Assembly (NCBI GenBank): GCA_965200965.1
Contig: OZ241744.1
Span: forward strand, 1,216,001-1,280,000
Direction: 5' to 3'
Source: an uncultured Candidatus Binatia bacterium
Lineage (GTDB): Bacteria > Desulfobacterota > Binatia > Bin18
DNA: 64,000 nucleotides
Position numbers and translations under genes: made by a program. This document shows, in pieces, positions 42,247-55,151 of the stretch. Position 1 is the stretch's first letter; each line of letters starts with the position of its first letter. The notes beneath the pieces were generated by a model, which saw only the letters and a list, made by a program, of their open reading frames with translations, ran no database searches and was not told the origin of the DNA.

Positions 42247-42975
42247 CTATTTCATCCCGCCAAAAATTGCAAAATTCAGAAACTTCCAATAGCAGTCCAC
42301 CATCCTGAAGCCGGCTTCTCGCCACCAGTCCAACTGTGGCTCAAGTGCCGTGATGTGGCTGCTCCGGCCCTTGGGCCGCTGCATGACCGTGCGCGCCTCG
42401 CGGATTTCTTCCAGGGAGTGTTCCAGGCCGTGTTCGTGCAGGTGTTGCTGAGTTACCCGGTCGGCCAGCGGGGTAAAATGCTCGCGCATTTCCGGCGCGC
42501 CGCTCACCACATCGTTGTTGAGGAACAGGCCGCCGGGCAGCAGCAGCGCATACACCTCGGCACACAAGGCCCGTTTGCGCTGATCGCTCAGATGGTGCAG
42601 GGCAATCGCCGAGACCGCGGCCTCAAAAGGTCCCGGCAACTCCGCCGCCCAGGCGGGGTCGGCCAAGTCTCTGAGAAACATCCTGACCTGCTGACCGTAC
42701 CGGGCCAGGCGTGGCTCGGCATACTCCTGCATGGCCGCCGAGCCGTCCAGCCACACCACACTGGCCTGCGGATAGCGACTGAGAATGGTCTCTGTCACCG
42801 CCCCATAGCCGGCCCCTAAATCCAACACCCGAATGGGCCGGTCGGTCGGCCAGGGGAAGAAATCAACCAAGCTGCTCAGCTGTTCATAGCGCTTGGGAAT
42901 CAAGAGAGCACCGCGCGCCACAAAACAATCAACCCGCTCCTGCTCCCCCCAGCCGCACAGGGTATCGTATGCCAT
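42247..42975 (-). CDS. Class I SAM-dependent methyltransferase
   Basis: VLDLGAGYG, LDGS, ALHHL, LLPGGLFLN. Confidence 0.88.
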   Translation of the reverse strand: MAYDTLCGWGEQERVDCFVARGALLIPKRYEQLSSLVDFFPWPTDRPIRVLDLGAGYGAVTETILSRYPQASVVWLDGSAAMQEYAEPRLARYGQQVRMFLRDLADPAWAAELPGPFEAAVSAIALHHLSDQRKRALCAEVYALLLPGGLFLNNDVVSGAPEMREHFTPLADRVTQQHLHEHGLEHSLEEIREARTVMQRPKGRSSHITALEPQLDWWREAGFRMVDCYWKFLNFAIFGGMK

Positions 42976-43090
42976 ACCAACCTCCCGACTGTAGCGAACT
43001 CTGCCAGACGCTATGGCATCTTTGGGCGTGGCGTGCAAGCCGGCGGCCCCTTGCGTCTCGACCCAGAAGCCTTTAGAATGCAGGATCCGT

Positions 43091-43669
43091 ATGAGAGTAG
43101 GCATCGTTTCCGATATCCACGCCGACGCCACCGCCCTGAGCCGCGCCCTTGAGGATATGCCCTCAACCGATATGCTGCTGTGTCCCGGCGACGCTATCAG
43201 CGAGTACCGCTTCTGCCCGGATACGGTCAATTTGCTCAGGCGGGCCGGGGTGGTGTGTATTCAGGGCAACCATGAACTCGTCCTGTTTGGTGGCCGCAAT
43301 CCGGCCTATCTGCAAAAATGTCGGGACACCTTTTCTTCGGAATCGCTCGACTTTCTGGCCCAGGCACCGCTCACGCGCGAGCTTGAGTGCGGTGGGGCAA
43401 CAATTCTGATGGTCCATGCCAGCCCGTGGGAGCCTTACGACGAGTATATCTACCCCGGCAGTGCCCGGCTCCAGCAGCTCGCCGGCCTGTCCTGCGACCT
43501 AGTGTGTTTTGGTCATACCCATGTCCCGTTTGTGCAGCGGGCCGGCGCTGTCCTTGTCGTCAATCCCGGCTCCCCCTCCCAGCCCCGCGACCAGGATAGA
43601 CGCGGGGCCTATGCGATTGTTGATACCGAGACCAAGCAGGCCGCCATTCACCGCTTTTGCCTGTCTTGA
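43091..43669 (+). CDS. Metallophosphoesterase (YfcE-like)
   Basis: SDIH, GD, GNHE, GHTH, NPGS. Confidence 0.9.
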   Translation: MRVGIVSDIHADATALSRALEDMPSTDMLLCPGDAISEYRFCPDTVNLLRRAGVVCIQGNHELVLFGGRNPAYLQKCRDTFSSESLDFLAQAPLTRELECGGATILMVHASPWEPYDEYIYPGSARLQQLAGLSCDLVCFGHTHVPFVQRAGAVLVVNPGSPSQPRDQDRRGAYAIVDTETKQAAIHRFCLS

Positions 43670-43744
43670 TTGTCTGCGGCTCGCCCCCGTGCTGACCTCA
43701 GTCACGATCAATTCCCCAATCCCCACTTGTTGAGGAGGCCACCA

Positions 43745-45007
43745 ATGCCCGCCAAGCAAATGTCCCGTTTGACCCCAGCCCCGGCCAACAGGCGCGCGTT
43801 CTTGCGCCAAGCCGCTATTGGGCTTGCCGGTGGTATGGCCGCCGGCTGTGAGTACCAGACCCAGCTCTTTTTGCTGCGGCCGGTCGAAGAAGAGGCGAGC
43901 CAGCACAACCCCACCTGGCAGGAGGCCAGTGTCCGTCAGTATCGCACCCTGGGCCGGACCGGGGTGCAGGTCTCGGACATCTCTTTTGGCTGCGCGGGCC
44001 TCCATGACGCTGGGGTCGTCAGGCATGCGCTGGAGCGCGGCGTCAATTATTTTGACACCTCGCCCGACTATTCCCGGGCCGGCTCGGAACGCACGCTGGG
44101 CGAAGGAATCAGGGGCTATCCGCGCGACAAGCTGTTTATTGTGTCAAAGTTCTGCACCCCCGGCGGTCATCTCAGCAACGACACCCCGGCCGGCGAGGTC
44201 ATCGCCGCGGTCGAAGCCAGCCTGCAACGGATTGGCACCGACTACCTCGACCTCGCCCACATCCACGCCTGCAACTCCATTGAGCGGCTGATGAACCCCC
44301 ACATCCATGAGGCCTTTGATCGGCTCAAAGAGCAGGGCAAGCTGCGCTTCCTGGGCGTCTCGTCCCATACGCCCCGGCTCGAACAGGTCATGCGCCACGC
44401 TGTGGACTCGGACCGCTTTGACGTTATCATGGTGGCCTATAATTTTCGGAACTGGCCCGATCTGGGCACAATTTTTCACGACGCCAGGCAAAAAGGGGTC
44501 GGAGTGGTGGCCATGAAGACGCTCAAAGGTGCCCGGCATACAGTCCTGTCGGACTTCAGTCCAAGCGAACGGGAATCCTTCTCCCAGGCGGCCTTCAAAT
44601 GGGTACTGTCAAACCAGGATGTCAGTTGTCTGGTGGTGACCATGACTTCCCACTCCCAGATTGACGAGTATCTGTACGCCTCGGGTCAGCCGGTGCAGCC
44701 GACCGATGTGGCGCTGCTCGAAAAATACGACCGCTTGGTTGCCAACGACTACTGCCCGCCGGGCTGTGGCGCGTGTCTGTCCTCCTGCCCGGCCGATGTG
44801 CCGGTCAATGATGTCCTGCGCTATGCCATGTACTACGAAAACTACGGCCAGCAGCGGGTCGGCATGGAAGAGTACGCCAAGCTGCCCGAGGCGCGCAGCG
44901 CCTCGCAGTGTGTGGCCTGTAGCGCGCCGTGTGAGCGAGCCTGCCCGTCCCAGCTGCCGATCAAGGCCAAGCTGCTGCGGGCGGACCGCTTACTCAGGTT
45001 TGTCTAG
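43745..45007 (+). CDS. Aldo/keto reductase with C-terminal Fe-S motifs and a Tat-like N-terminus
   Basis: RRAFL, LGRTG, FDTSPDY, GVSSH, AMK, CPPGCGACLSSCP, CVACSAPCERACP. Confidence 0.87.
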   Translation: MPAKQMSRLTPAPANRRAFLRQAAIGLAGGMAAGCEYQTQLFLLRPVEEEASQHNPTWQEASVRQYRTLGRTGVQVSDISFGCAGLHDAGVVRHALERGVNYFDTSPDYSRAGSERTLGEGIRGYPRDKLFIVSKFCTPGGHLSNDTPAGEVIAAVEASLQRIGTDYLDLAHIHACNSIERLMNPHIHEAFDRLKEQGKLRFLGVSSHTPRLEQVMRHAVDSDRFDVIMVAYNFRNWPDLGTIFHDARQKGVGVVAMKTLKGARHTVLSDFSPSERESFSQAAFKWVLSNQDVSCLVVTMTSHSQIDEYLYASGQPVQPTDVALLEKYDRLVANDYCPPGCGACLSSCPADVPVNDVLRYAMYYENYGQQRVGMEEYAKLPEARSASQCVACSAPCERACPSQLPIKAKLLRADRLLRFV

Positions 45008-45017
45008 CGGGGCGCGC

Positions 45018-45497
45018 GTGAAAACCCTGCTCATCCTGCGCCACGGCAAAGCCCGGCAGGGCAGCCCTGAGGGCGACTTTGGGCGTGGCCTCAAAAAACG
45101 CGGCACCCAGCAGGCCGAGTGGGCCGGGGAAGAGCTCGGCCGCCTGGGAATTCGGCTCGATCTGGTTGTTTCGTCGGCCGCCCGACGCGCCCGCCAAACC
45201 GCCAAGCAGGCGGCCCGGACGGCCGGCTACGGGGGCGTGATTGCAACACTGGACAGCCTATATCTGTCTGGGCTGGCCCAGCATCTGGCCGTCCTGGCCG
45301 GGCTGGACGATGCCTGCCGGGCGGTGCTGCTCGTCGGCCATAACCCCGACCTTGAAGACCTGCTCAGTCGGCTGAGCGGCCACAACCTGCCCCTGCCAAC
45401 CGGGACGCTGGTTGGCCTTGAGCTCGATACCCCCTCGTGGAAAACCGTGGCCAGCGCCCCGAGCACCCTGCGGTTTGTGTCCAGCCCTACCAACTGA
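45018..45497 (+). CDS. SixA-like histidine phosphatase
   Basis: LRHGKA, SSAARRARQT, VGHNP; GTG start. Confidence 0.85.
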   Translation: MKTLLILRHGKARQGSPEGDFGRGLKKRGTQQAEWAGEELGRLGIRLDLVVSSAARRARQTAKQAARTAGYGGVIATLDSLYLSGLAQHLAVLAGLDDACRAVLLVGHNPDLEDLLSRLSGHNLPLPTGTLVGLELDTPSWKTVASAPSTLRFVSSPTN

Positions 45498-45515
45498 CAG
45501 CGTGGGACCGCCCAG

Positions 45516-46076
45516 ATGGATAAACTCAGCCACACCGACGCCCAAGGCCGCGCCCGCATGGTTGATGTTGGCGACAAGGCCGTGACCGCCCGCGAGGCGC
45601 TCGCCAGCGGCACGGTCCACATGCGGCCCGAAACCCTGCGTCTGATCACCACCGGCCAGCTACCCAAAGGAGACGTGTTGGCCGTTGCCCGGGTCGCCGG
45701 CATTATGGCCGCCAAAAAAACCGCAGAGCTGATTCCGCTGTGCCATCCCCTGCCGCTGACATCGATCACGGTCGAGTTCACACCCCAGCCCCAGACCGGC
45801 CGGCTCGACATCACGGCACGGGTCGCGGTGCAGGGCAAAACCGGGGTCGAAATGGAAGCCCTGACCGCGGTATCGGTCGCCGCCCTGACGGTCTACGACA
45901 TGTGTAAAGCAGTGGAAAAGGACATGCGCATCTCAGACCTGTATCTCCAGCGAAAAACCGGAGGCAAGAGCGGTACCTATGTCCGCCCCACCCGACCGGC
46001 AGCCCAGCCGGGCCACGATTCGCCCAAACACGGGCGATGGGGGATTGAAACAGGGGCCAAAACGTGGGAGGCTTAG
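45516..46076 (+). CDS. moaC: Cyclic pyranopterin monophosphate synthase
   Basis: [34 protein letters not shown]. Confidence 0.96.
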   Translation: MDKLSHTDAQGRARMVDVGDKAVTAREALASGTVHMRPETLRLITTGQLPKGDVLAVARVAGIMAAKKTAELIPLCHPLPLTSITVEFTPQPQTGRLDITARVAVQGKTGVEMEALTAVSVAALTVYDMCKAVEKDMRISDLYLQRKTGGKSGTYVRPTRPAAQPGHDSPKHGRWGIETGAKTWEA

Positions 46077-46167
46077 AGGGTAGGCAATGCACGAGAGATC
46101 GCCAGCGCTCTTGTGTACATCCTGGCATACCGGTTTCGTCCACAAGAAGCGCGCACAAGGAGAGCAT

Positions 46168-46689
46168 ATGAGTCTGCGTCCTGCACGGCAGGAAACAAAT
46201 CCCAAAAAGCGCAGCGCCAAGCGGGCATCAAGCGGTCCGACCCCTCAGCCGCCAGCCATCGCCAGCGACGCCCCGTCAGCCGAGGCTGGCAGTCCGGCCG
46301 ACGACGAGGTTCAGGAAGGCGGTGTTCTGCCGCCAGTCAGGCCCACTTTTGTGCGCCGGGATCTGACCGCTCCAGACGGCAGCATCCGGCCCGGCTGGGA
46401 AATGTGGATTGGCGACCACTGCTTTGGTCGGGCCGACAGCAAAGAACTCCTCCTCGCCAGCTTTGAGCGGCTCCAGAGCCCGCCCAGCAGCTTCCACTGG
46501 CGTGAGGTCCGCAACCGTATGCCTCTGCACGGTCGGCCCAAGTCGGCAAAGCCGGAATCACCACAGGATAAACCCGTGGCGTCGGCACCCGACTCGTCCA
46601 ACCCAGCCCCGGCCTGGGACAAGAAAAAAGAACCCGTAGTTGAAGAGCCGGACGGCTTCCAGGAAATCAGCCTGGAAACCCCCGTCTAG
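46168..46689 (+). CDS. Hypothetical protein, mostly low-complexity with a small W-rich core
   Basis: AAGGAG RBS; core PGWEMWIGDHCFGRADS..FHWRE. Confidence 0.6.
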   Translation: MSLRPARQETNPKKRSAKRASSGPTPQPPAIASDAPSAEAGSPADDEVQEGGVLPPVRPTFVRRDLTAPDGSIRPGWEMWIGDHCFGRADSKELLLASFERLQSPPSSFHWREVRNRMPLHGRPKSAKPESPQDKPVASAPDSSNPAPAWDKKKEPVVEEPDGFQEISLETPV

Positions 46690-46836
46690 CTCAGAGAGAC
46701 GCTCATCCCCCTTCCCGCTCGGACCGTCCCCGCCCGCCACGCCTGCCACGAGCCCTGCCTGCTCCCAGCTTGGTCCCACCGCGCCCTGGACAAGGCAGGG
46801 GCAGCAGAGTAAACAAGAGGGCGTTTCGTTGGCGCT

Positions 46837-47340
46837 ATGGAGACACTGCTTTCAAGATTGCAGCCCGCCTTCTGGGGTGTGTATCGTTCTGCCAGACCTG
46901 CCCGACTCGCCCAGCAAGAAAAGGTCTGGGCCCACCCGCGATGGCTTGGCGTACTGGGCTGGTGGTCCCTCCTCTCGGCGTCGGACGCTCCCACACTACA
47001 GCCGGCGGCGGCTGTCCTTGGCCTTGGACTGGTCTACTGTGGCTTCAACCACTATGCGGCCTGCCGTCTCTCCCAAGGGCGGTCCCTGTCCGTCCCGGTT
47101 CCGCTCCTTGACAAGTACGCCCATGCGCAACACGTTGAGATCGCCGTCGTCCAGGAACACACAGGGATGTCGCTGCTCATCAAAGACGACGGGCAAGGTA
47201 CCTGTCTCGATCAGCACCCGCACGGTCAGGAGAGCCTGCTGTATATGCGCGAGCGGGTAGAAGCCTGTGGGGGTACCTTGCAGGTTTCACGCGCCGGTGG
47301 GCAAGGCACCGAGGTCCGGGTGAGCGTGCCGATTGCCTGA
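46837..47340 (+). pseudogene. Internally deleted NarX-type sensor kinase remnant
   Basis: TM-like N-terminus joined directly to KYAHA..DDGQG..MRERVEACGG..GTEV; no H-box and an incomplete N-box. Confidence 0.6.
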
Positions 47341-47365
47341 GCGCCGATCCCCCGAAGGAGGGCAG

Positions 47366-48496
47366 ATGAAATTTCACCTGTTTATCTATGCGACGCTCGG
47401 CCGCCGCCACGAGCTTGAAGCCGGCTTGGCCGGCAAGCGGCCGGAACTCTACCAACGTATGCTGGACGAAGTGGCCGAGTATGTCAGCTTTGCCGACGAG
47501 GCCGGCTATGCCGGCTTCAGCCATCCCGAACACCACCTCCAGATTGAGGGCTTTGAGGCCAGCAACGAACCCGGCCTGCTGTCGATGTGGATAGGCCAGC
47601 ACAGCCGGCGGCTCCAGGTCAACATGATCGGCTGGGTCGCTCCGACCCATAACCCGGTCCGCACTGCGGAGTATATCGCCACCCTGGACCATATGCTCAA
47701 AGGCCGCCTCGGCGTTGGCCTCGTCCGCGGCTACCAGGCCCGCTGGGTTCACACCTACCGGATTCGGCCCGAGATCAACGCGGTCGGCGACTGGAACCGC
47801 AACAGCCCCGACGACGCCATGAACCGCGAGTATTTCACCGAGTTTGTCGAGATTGTGCTCAAAGCTTGGCAGCACGATACCTTCAGCTACCAGGGCAAAT
47901 ACTGGACCATCCCGCCCGAGGACTGTATCAACCCCCACCCCCAATCGGCGTACACCGAGTACGGCCAGGGGGTTGATGCCAACATGCGGATCCGCGAGAT
48001 CGGCATCGCCCCCAAACCCTACCAGCAGCCTCACCCGCCGCTGTACGGCGGCTTCACCCACAGTATGCGGACCGCGCTGTTCTGGGCCAAGTACGGCGGC
48101 AAGCCGATTGTGCTGGCCTCAGACCTCGATTTCTGCCAACGCCTGTGGTCGGGCTATCACGACGAAGCCATCAAACACGGGCGGGATATTGAGCCGGGCG
48201 ACGAGGCGGCCTGGGGCGGCATGTTGATCTGCCACAAAGACCGGGCGGTCGCCCAGGACTGGCTCGCGGACCCGCTGTGGATGTGGGACAAATGGTTTGT
48301 GCCCTTCGGCCAGGGCCACCCCGAGCTGCTGGTCGGCGACCCGGACGCCCTGTGCCGGCGGCTGGAAGAGGCCAGCGCCAGGATTCCGATCAAAGAATGT
48401 TTCTTCCTGCTGCCGCAGGGCATTCATGACCGCGACCAGATCATGACCTCGCTCGAACTCTTTGCCGAGAAAGTCATGCCCCGGTTTGCCGACTGA
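47366..48496 (+). CDS. Luciferase-like (LLM) flavin-dependent oxidoreductase
   Basis: [42 protein letters not shown]. Confidence 0.9.
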   Translation: MKFHLFIYATLGRRHELEAGLAGKRPELYQRMLDEVAEYVSFADEAGYAGFSHPEHHLQIEGFEASNEPGLLSMWIGQHSRRLQVNMIGWVAPTHNPVRTAEYIATLDHMLKGRLGVGLVRGYQARWVHTYRIRPEINAVGDWNRNSPDDAMNREYFTEFVEIVLKAWQHDTFSYQGKYWTIPPEDCINPHPQSAYTEYGQGVDANMRIREIGIAPKPYQQPHPPLYGGFTHSMRTALFWAKYGGKPIVLASDLDFCQRLWSGYHDEAIKHGRDIEPGDEAAWGGMLICHKDRAVAQDWLADPLWMWDKWFVPFGQGHPELLVGDPDALCRRLEEASARIPIKECFFLLPQGIHDRDQIMTSLELFAEKVMPRFAD

Positions 48497-51400
48497 GCCG
48501 GCCGCCTGTCGGACCCGGCCCGGCTCGCCCAGCCGCCAGACAGCACCTCGGCCTGCTCCAGCACGGTCCGGGTGGCCCGCTCCTGCTTGTCGGGCGGGTA
48601 GCCGTGCTTGCGCAGGATGCGTTTGATCAGGCGGCGCAGATTCGCCCGCACACTCTCGCGCAGCGTCCAGTCGATCGTGACGGTAGTGCGCACGGTCTCC
48701 ACCAGCTCACGAGCGATGCTCCGCAGCGCGTCATCGCCCAGCACCCGCACCGCGCTGTCGTTGGTCTCCAGCGCGTCGTAAAAGGCCAGCTCGTCGTCCG
48801 ACAGCCCCAGCTCTTCGCCCCGGGCACCGGCCTCCCGCAGCTCACGCGCGAGCTGGATCAACTCCTCGATCACCTGGGCGGCTTCAATCGCCCGGTTCTG
48901 ATAGCGCCGTAGTGTGTCTTCCAGCATTGCGGCAAACGACCGCGCCTGAACGACATTTTTGCGGCGACGGGTCGACAGTTCGCCCCTCAGCAGCTTTTGC
49001 AACAACTCAACCGCCAGGTTGCGCTGCGGCATATCCCGCACCTCGGCCAGGAACTCGTCCGACAGGATCGAGAGATCGGGCTTGTCCAGGCCGGCCGCGG
49101 CAAAGATGTCAAGCATCCCCTCGGACGCCACCGCGTGCGAGAGAATCTGACGCACGGCGTGATCCAGATTTTCTTCAGGCCGCCCGTCGGCCGGCGCGCG
49201 TTTGGTCAGCACCGACCCGACGGCCTGAAAGAAGGCGATGTTGTCGCGGATGCGCAGCGCGTCTTCGTGCGGCACGGCCAGGGCAAAGGCTTGGGACAGG
49301 GCGCGGACCGCCCCCACGCAGCGTTCCTTGCCCTTGTCCTGGGCCAGGATGTGTTCCTGGGCGGCCGGCAGCAGACCCAGCCGTTGGGCGGGCGTGCCGG
49401 TGGCCCACCTGGAGCGGTCCAAGCCGTGGAACAGGCCGCAGCAGACTTCGTACTTCTCCAGCATGGCCCGTACGGCCTCGTCCTGGTCGAGCGCGGTCTG
49501 TCCCGTGCCGCCGCTCTCGGTGTAGGTGGCCAGCGCACGCTTGAGTTCAGGGGCGAGGCCCAGGTAATCAACGACGAGGCCGCCCGGCTTGTCCCTGAAC
49601 ACCCGGTTGACCCGGGCAATGGCCTGCATCAGCGCGTGGCTGCGCATCGGCTTGTCCAGGTACATGGTGTGCAAGCTCGGCGCGTCAAAGCCGGTCAGCC
49701 ACATGTCACGCACCAGCACCATGCAGAGCGGGTCGTCGGCGTTGCGGAAGCGGCCGGCCAGGGTCTCGCGCCGGGCTGTGGTACGGATATGCGGCTGCCA
49801 GTCGGGCGGGTCGGACGCCGCCCCGGTCATTACCACCTTGAGCCTGCCCTTGGCATCGTCCTCGTCGTGCCAATCGGGACGCAGGGCCACGAGTTGGCGA
49901 TAGAGGTCAATGCAGATGCGCCGGCTCATGCCCACCACCATGGCCTTGCCCTCCAGGGCTTCAAGCCGGGCCTCAAAATGGCTGACAATATCGCGGGCGA
50001 TGAGGGCCAGGCGCGTGTCAGTCCCGACGACCGCTTCGAGCTGCGCCCATCTGGTTTTGAGTTTTTCCTTGACCGCGCTTTCCTGGCCCTCGGTCACGTC
50101 CTCAAAGTCGGGGTCAATGCTGGGCCGTTGGCGTTCGTTCAGATTGAGCTTGGCCAGCCGGCTCTCGTAATAGATGGGCACGGTGGCCTTGTCCTCAACC
50201 GCGTGCTGGATGTCGTAGATGCTGATGTAGTCGCCAAACACCGCCCGGGTGTTGGCGTCCCGGAGTTCTACCGGGGTGCCGGTAAAGCCGATAAAGGAGG
50301 CCCGGGGCAGGGCCTCGCGCATATGGCGTGCATAGCCATCAATAAAGTCGTACTGGCTGCGGTGCGCCTCGTCGGCAATGACCACGATATTGCGCCGGTC
50401 CGACAGCAGGGGGTGGCGGTCACCCTTCTCTTGGGGAAAGAACTTCTGAATCGTGCTGAACACTACCCCGCCCGATGCTACCGCCAGTCTGTCCCGCAGG
50501 TCGGTCCGGCTCTCGGCCTGGACCGGCGGCTGACGCAGCAGATCCCGGCAGCGGGCAAAGGTGGCGAAGAGCTGGTCGTCAAGGTCGTTGCGGTCGGTCA
50601 GCACCACCAGCGTCGGGTTGTGCATGGCCGGCTCACGGATGACCCGCCCGGCGTAGAACGCCATGGTCAGGCTTTTGCCCGCGCCTTGGGTATGCCACAC
50701 CACGCCGATACGCCGGTCGCCCGGGCTCCCGCCGGGCCGGCGGCCAGACGCATAGCCCCGGCTGTCCTCTCTGACCGTCTCCCCCTGCATCTCCGCTGCC
50801 CGCAGGGTCTGGGTAAGCGCTGTCTCGACCGCGTGAAACTGGTGGTAGCCGGCCATTTTCTTGACCAGCCCGCCGCTGCCGCCGTCCTCAAAGACGATGA
50901 AGTCGCGCACCAGACTGAGGAAGCGCTTGGGTGTGCAGACGCCGGCCAGCAGGACGTGCAGTTCGGGCCTGGTCGGGTCGGCCAGGGTCTCGCCCGAGAT
51001 TGTGCGCCACGGCTTGAACCACTCCCGCCCCGCGGTCAGCGTGCCGATGCGTGCTGCCAGGCCGTCAGACACGATCAGCGCCGCGTTCAGGCCGAACAGC
51101 CCCGGCAGTTCGGCTGTATAGGTCTGCAACTGCTGCCAAGCCGTCCAGATGGTGGCGTCCTTGTCGGCCGGATTCTTGAGCTCGATGAGGCCGAGCGGCA
51201 GGCCGTTGACGAACAGCACCACATCGGGCCGGCGCTCGTGCTTGTTCTCGACCACGGTGAACTGATTGACCGCCAGCCAGTCGTTATTCGCCGGCTCGTC
51301 ATAATCAAGCACCCGGGCCTGCGCACCTCGGACATCGCCGTCATCGGCCCGGTACTCCACCGCCGCGCCGTCCACCAGCATACGGTGGAAGGCACGGTTG

Positions 51401-51654
51401 CGGGTTTCCAGGGTCGGTCCTTGCGGGCGGGTCAGCTTGCGGAAGGCATCGTCTAGCGCCTCGGCCGGAAGCTCCGGGTTGAGCTGGGCCAGGGCATGGT
51501 GCAGCCGCCCTTCCAGCACGACTTGGCCGTAGTCCACGCGCTCCGCACCCGGCGCATCGGGCGCGATATCCGGCCCATAGGCCACGCTCCAGCCCAGGTC
51601 CGCCAGCCAGGCGAGGGCGGCGGCTTCAACGGTGGATTCGGTGAAGGTGCTCAC
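48424..51654 (-). CDS. hsdR: Type I restriction enzyme R subunit
   Basis: RPD..IELK nuclease, [41 protein letters not shown]. Confidence 0.95.
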   Translation of the reverse strand: MSTFTESTVEAAALAWLADLGWSVAYGPDIAPDAPGAERVDYGQVVLEGRLHHALAQLNPELPAEALDDAFRKLTRPQGPTLETRNRAFHRMLVDGAAVEYRADDGDVRGAQARVLDYDEPANNDWLAVNQFTVVENKHERRPDVVLFVNGLPLGLIELKNPADKDATIWTAWQQLQTYTAELPGLFGLNAALIVSDGLAARIGTLTAGREWFKPWRTISGETLADPTRPELHVLLAGVCTPKRFLSLVRDFIVFEDGGSGGLVKKMAGYHQFHAVETALTQTLRAAEMQGETVREDSRGYASGRRPGGSPGDRRIGVVWHTQGAGKSLTMAFYAGRVIREPAMHNPTLVVLTDRNDLDDQLFATFARCRDLLRQPPVQAESRTDLRDRLAVASGGVVFSTIQKFFPQEKGDRHPLLSDRRNIVVIADEAHRSQYDFIDGYARHMREALPRASFIGFTGTPVELRDANTRAVFGDYISIYDIQHAVEDKATVPIYYESRLAKLNLNERQRPSIDPDFEDVTEGQESAVKEKLKTRWAQLEAVVGTDTRLALIARDIVSHFEARLEALEGKAMVVGMSRRICIDLYRQLVALRPDWHDEDDAKGRLKVVMTGAASDPPDWQPHIRTTARRETLAGRFRNADDPLCMVLVRDMWLTGFDAPSLHTMYLDKPMRSHALMQAIARVNRVFRDKPGGLVVDYLGLAPELKRALATYTESGGTGQTALDQDEAVRAMLEKYEVCCGLFHGLDRSRWATGTPAQRLGLLPAAQEHILAQDKGKERCVGAVRALSQAFALAVPHEDALRIRDNIAFFQAVGSVLTKRAPADGRPEENLDHAVRQILSHAVASEGMLDIFAAAGLDKPDLSILSDEFLAEVRDMPQRNLAVELLQKLLRGELSTRRRKNVVQARSFAAMLEDTLRRYQNRAIEAAQVIEELIQLARELREAGARGEELGLSDDELAFYDALETNDSAVRVLGDDALRSIARELVETVRTTVTIDWTLRESVRANLRRLIKRILRKHGYPPDKQERATRTVLEQAEVLSGGWASRAGSDRRPAQSANRGMTFSAKSSSEVMIWSRS

Positions 51655-52709
51655 CGGTCTTCGGGCTTGCCGAGAAGCGCAAGGCCCCTTTCCGCCCTGG
51701 CCGCAATGTCTTCGTCACCAGCCTCTCGGGCCAAGGCAAGCGCCTTCTTGAAATCCCGCCGAGCCCCGTTCACCTGCTCCAATTGAGCGTTAGCGACGCC
51801 CCGGTTGCCGTAGGCTATGGCGTAGTCCGGCTTGAGCCGGAGCGCCGCGCTGTAGTCCGCAATGGCAGCTTCATACTGGCCGAGCTTGCCCTTCGCGTTG
51901 CCCCGGTTGTAGTAGGCGGCGGCGTAGTCCGGCTTGAGCCGGAGCGCCGCGCTGTAGTCCGCAATGGCAGCTTCATGATCACCGAGGTCGCTCTTCGCAA
52001 TGCCCCGGTTGTAGTAGGCGGTGGCGTCGTCTGGCTTGAGCCGGAGCGCTTGGTCATAGTCCGCAATGGCAGCTTCATGATCACCGAGGTCGCTCTTCGC
52101 ATTGCCCCGGTTGTAGTAGGCGGCGGCGTAGTCCGGCTTGAGCCGGAGCGCCGCGCTGTAGTCCGCAATGGCAGCTTCATGATCACCGAGGTCGCTCTTC
52201 GCATTGCCCCGGTTGTTGTAGGCGGCGGCGTAGTCCGGCTTGAGCCGGAGCGCCGCGCTGTAGTCCGCAATGGCAGCTTCATGATCACCGAAGTCGCTCT
52301 TCGCAATGCCCCGGTTGTAGTAGGCGGCGGCGTAGTCCGGCTTGAGCCGGAGCGCCGCGCTGTAGTCCGCAATGGCAGCTTCATGATCACCGAGGTTGCG
52401 CTTCGCAATGCCCCGGTTGTTGTAGGCGGTGGCGTCGTCTGGCTTGAGCCGGAGCGCCGCGCTGTAGTCCGCAATGGCAGCTTCATGATCACCGAGGTCG
52501 CTCTTCGCAATGCCCCGGTTGTAGTAGGCGGCGGCGGCGTCCGGTTCAAGGAGGATGGCTTGGTTGTAGTCGGCAATAGCAGCTTCATACTGGCCGAGGT
52601 CGCTCTTCGCATTGCCCCGGTTGTTGTAGGCGGCGGCGTAGTCCGGCTTGAGCCGGAGCGCTTGGTCGTAAGCAAAAATCGCTTCTTCAATCTTATTGGT
52701 CTCCGGCAT
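51651..52709 (-). CDS. TPR array protein (possibly the frameshifted 3' half of the upstream gene)
   Basis: Eight full 34-aa repeats ([34 protein letters not shown]) plus a cap; ATG 52709 has an AGGAGG RBS. Confidence 0.85.
   Translation of the reverse strand: MPETNKIEEAIFAYDQALRLKPDYAAAYNNRGNAKSDLGQYEAAIADYNQAILLEPDAAAAYYNRGIAKSDLGDHEAAIADYSAALRLKPDDATAYNNRGIAKRNLGDHEAAIADYSAALRLKPDYAAAYYNRGIAKSDFGDHEAAIADYSAALRLKPDYAAAYNNRGNAKSDLGDHEAAIADYSAALRLKPDYAAAYYNRGNAKSDLGDHEAAIADYDQALRLKPDDATAYYNRGIAKSDLGDHEAAIADYSAALRLKPDYAAAYYNRGNAKGKLGQYEAAIADYSAALRLKPDYAIAYGNRGVANAQLEQVNGARRDFKKALALAREAGDEDIAARAERGLALLGKPEDR
51825..52640 (-). repeat. Tandem array of 8 x 102-bp near-identical units
   Basis: GTAGTCCGCAATGGCAGCTTCAT-type blocks recur every 102 bp. 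Confidence 0.95.
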
Positions 52710-53450
52710 CTTCTCTCCCTCCTGCCCGCAAAAGATCAGCAACGGAAAGCCAGGCGCGGGCGGCAAGGTCATTATCGGTTCCCTCCGCCATGCTGGCAAT
52801 GGAGCGCCATTTTTCAATAGCTTCCTGAATCTTTCCCTCCCGCTCCAGTGCTCTGGCGTCGGTAACATCCCGGTTTATCGGAGAATCCGCAGGAAGCGTT
52901 TGGCCACTTCCCGCAGCTTCGGCAGCCTTACGCGGAGCGCCAGCGCTCGATGCGCCTGCCACCAATTGGTCCAAACGTCTCCTCTGTAACTTGGCTTTAT
53001 TAAGTTCCGCTCTGATCTCCTCAACGAGGCTCTTGGCTTCTTCTGCGTGTTGCTTGGATTTATCCACATTCTGGCGAGCTTCGGTCTCAATCTCGCGGAA
53101 TCTCCTGAAGCTGACGTAGCCGGCAAAGACAGCGATAACACCGAGCACGGTCAGGAATATGGCTATAGCGGTAAGCCACCAATCAACAAGTTTGGTACGG
53201 CCTGCAAGAAGCTCACGCCTGAGTTCGTTGAAACGTCGCTCCCATTCAACAGCAGTGGCGGCCTCGTTCAGCGCAGGCGATGGCTGATCGGGCCTGGGTT
53301 CGTTGCCAGGCGGTTGGGGTTCGGCGGTTGCATTCGTGCCGGTAGCGGATGGCTGCGCCTGCTGGGCGGGAAGGAGGCCGGGAGCTGTGGCCGCGGCGGC
53401 AAAAGCCAGGATGACGACCACAATCACGCGCCCAATCCGTGGGTATGCCA

Positions 53451-53454
<4 letters not shown>
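52693..53454 (-). CDS. Signal peptide, TM helix and coiled-coil protein ending in a TPR-like hairpin
   Basis: Hydrophobic N-terminus, WWLTAIAIFLTVLGVIAVFAGY, coiled coil, ARALEREGKIQEAIEKW; ATGA overlap with the hsdS stop. Confidence 0.75.

Positions 53455-55143
<1,689 letters not shown>

Positions 55144-55151
<8 letters not shown>

Noticed and set aside
43745-43860. Tat-like signal on the Fe-S aldo/keto reductase as a novelty
   Set aside because: To my knowledge this architecture is common in this AKR subfamily.
48997-51456. 819-aa plus-strand ORF and similar long antisense ORFs (16101-17840, 55703-56836, 26848-28155)
   Set aside because: Shadow ORFs opposite well-supported genes, expected at high GC, with no recognisable motifs.
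51825-52640. TPR variation as diversity-generating retroelement mutagenesis (many NNC/AAC-type swaps)
   Set aside because: No reverse transcriptase or template repeat in the window. Some differences are not explained by adenine mutagenesis (GGC CAG TAT vs GGT GAT CAT; AAC vs AAT), and variants recur as blocks, which fits recombination better.
51825-52640. 102-bp repeats as a CRISPR array
   Set aside because: The units are contiguous, in frame and coding, with no unique spacers.
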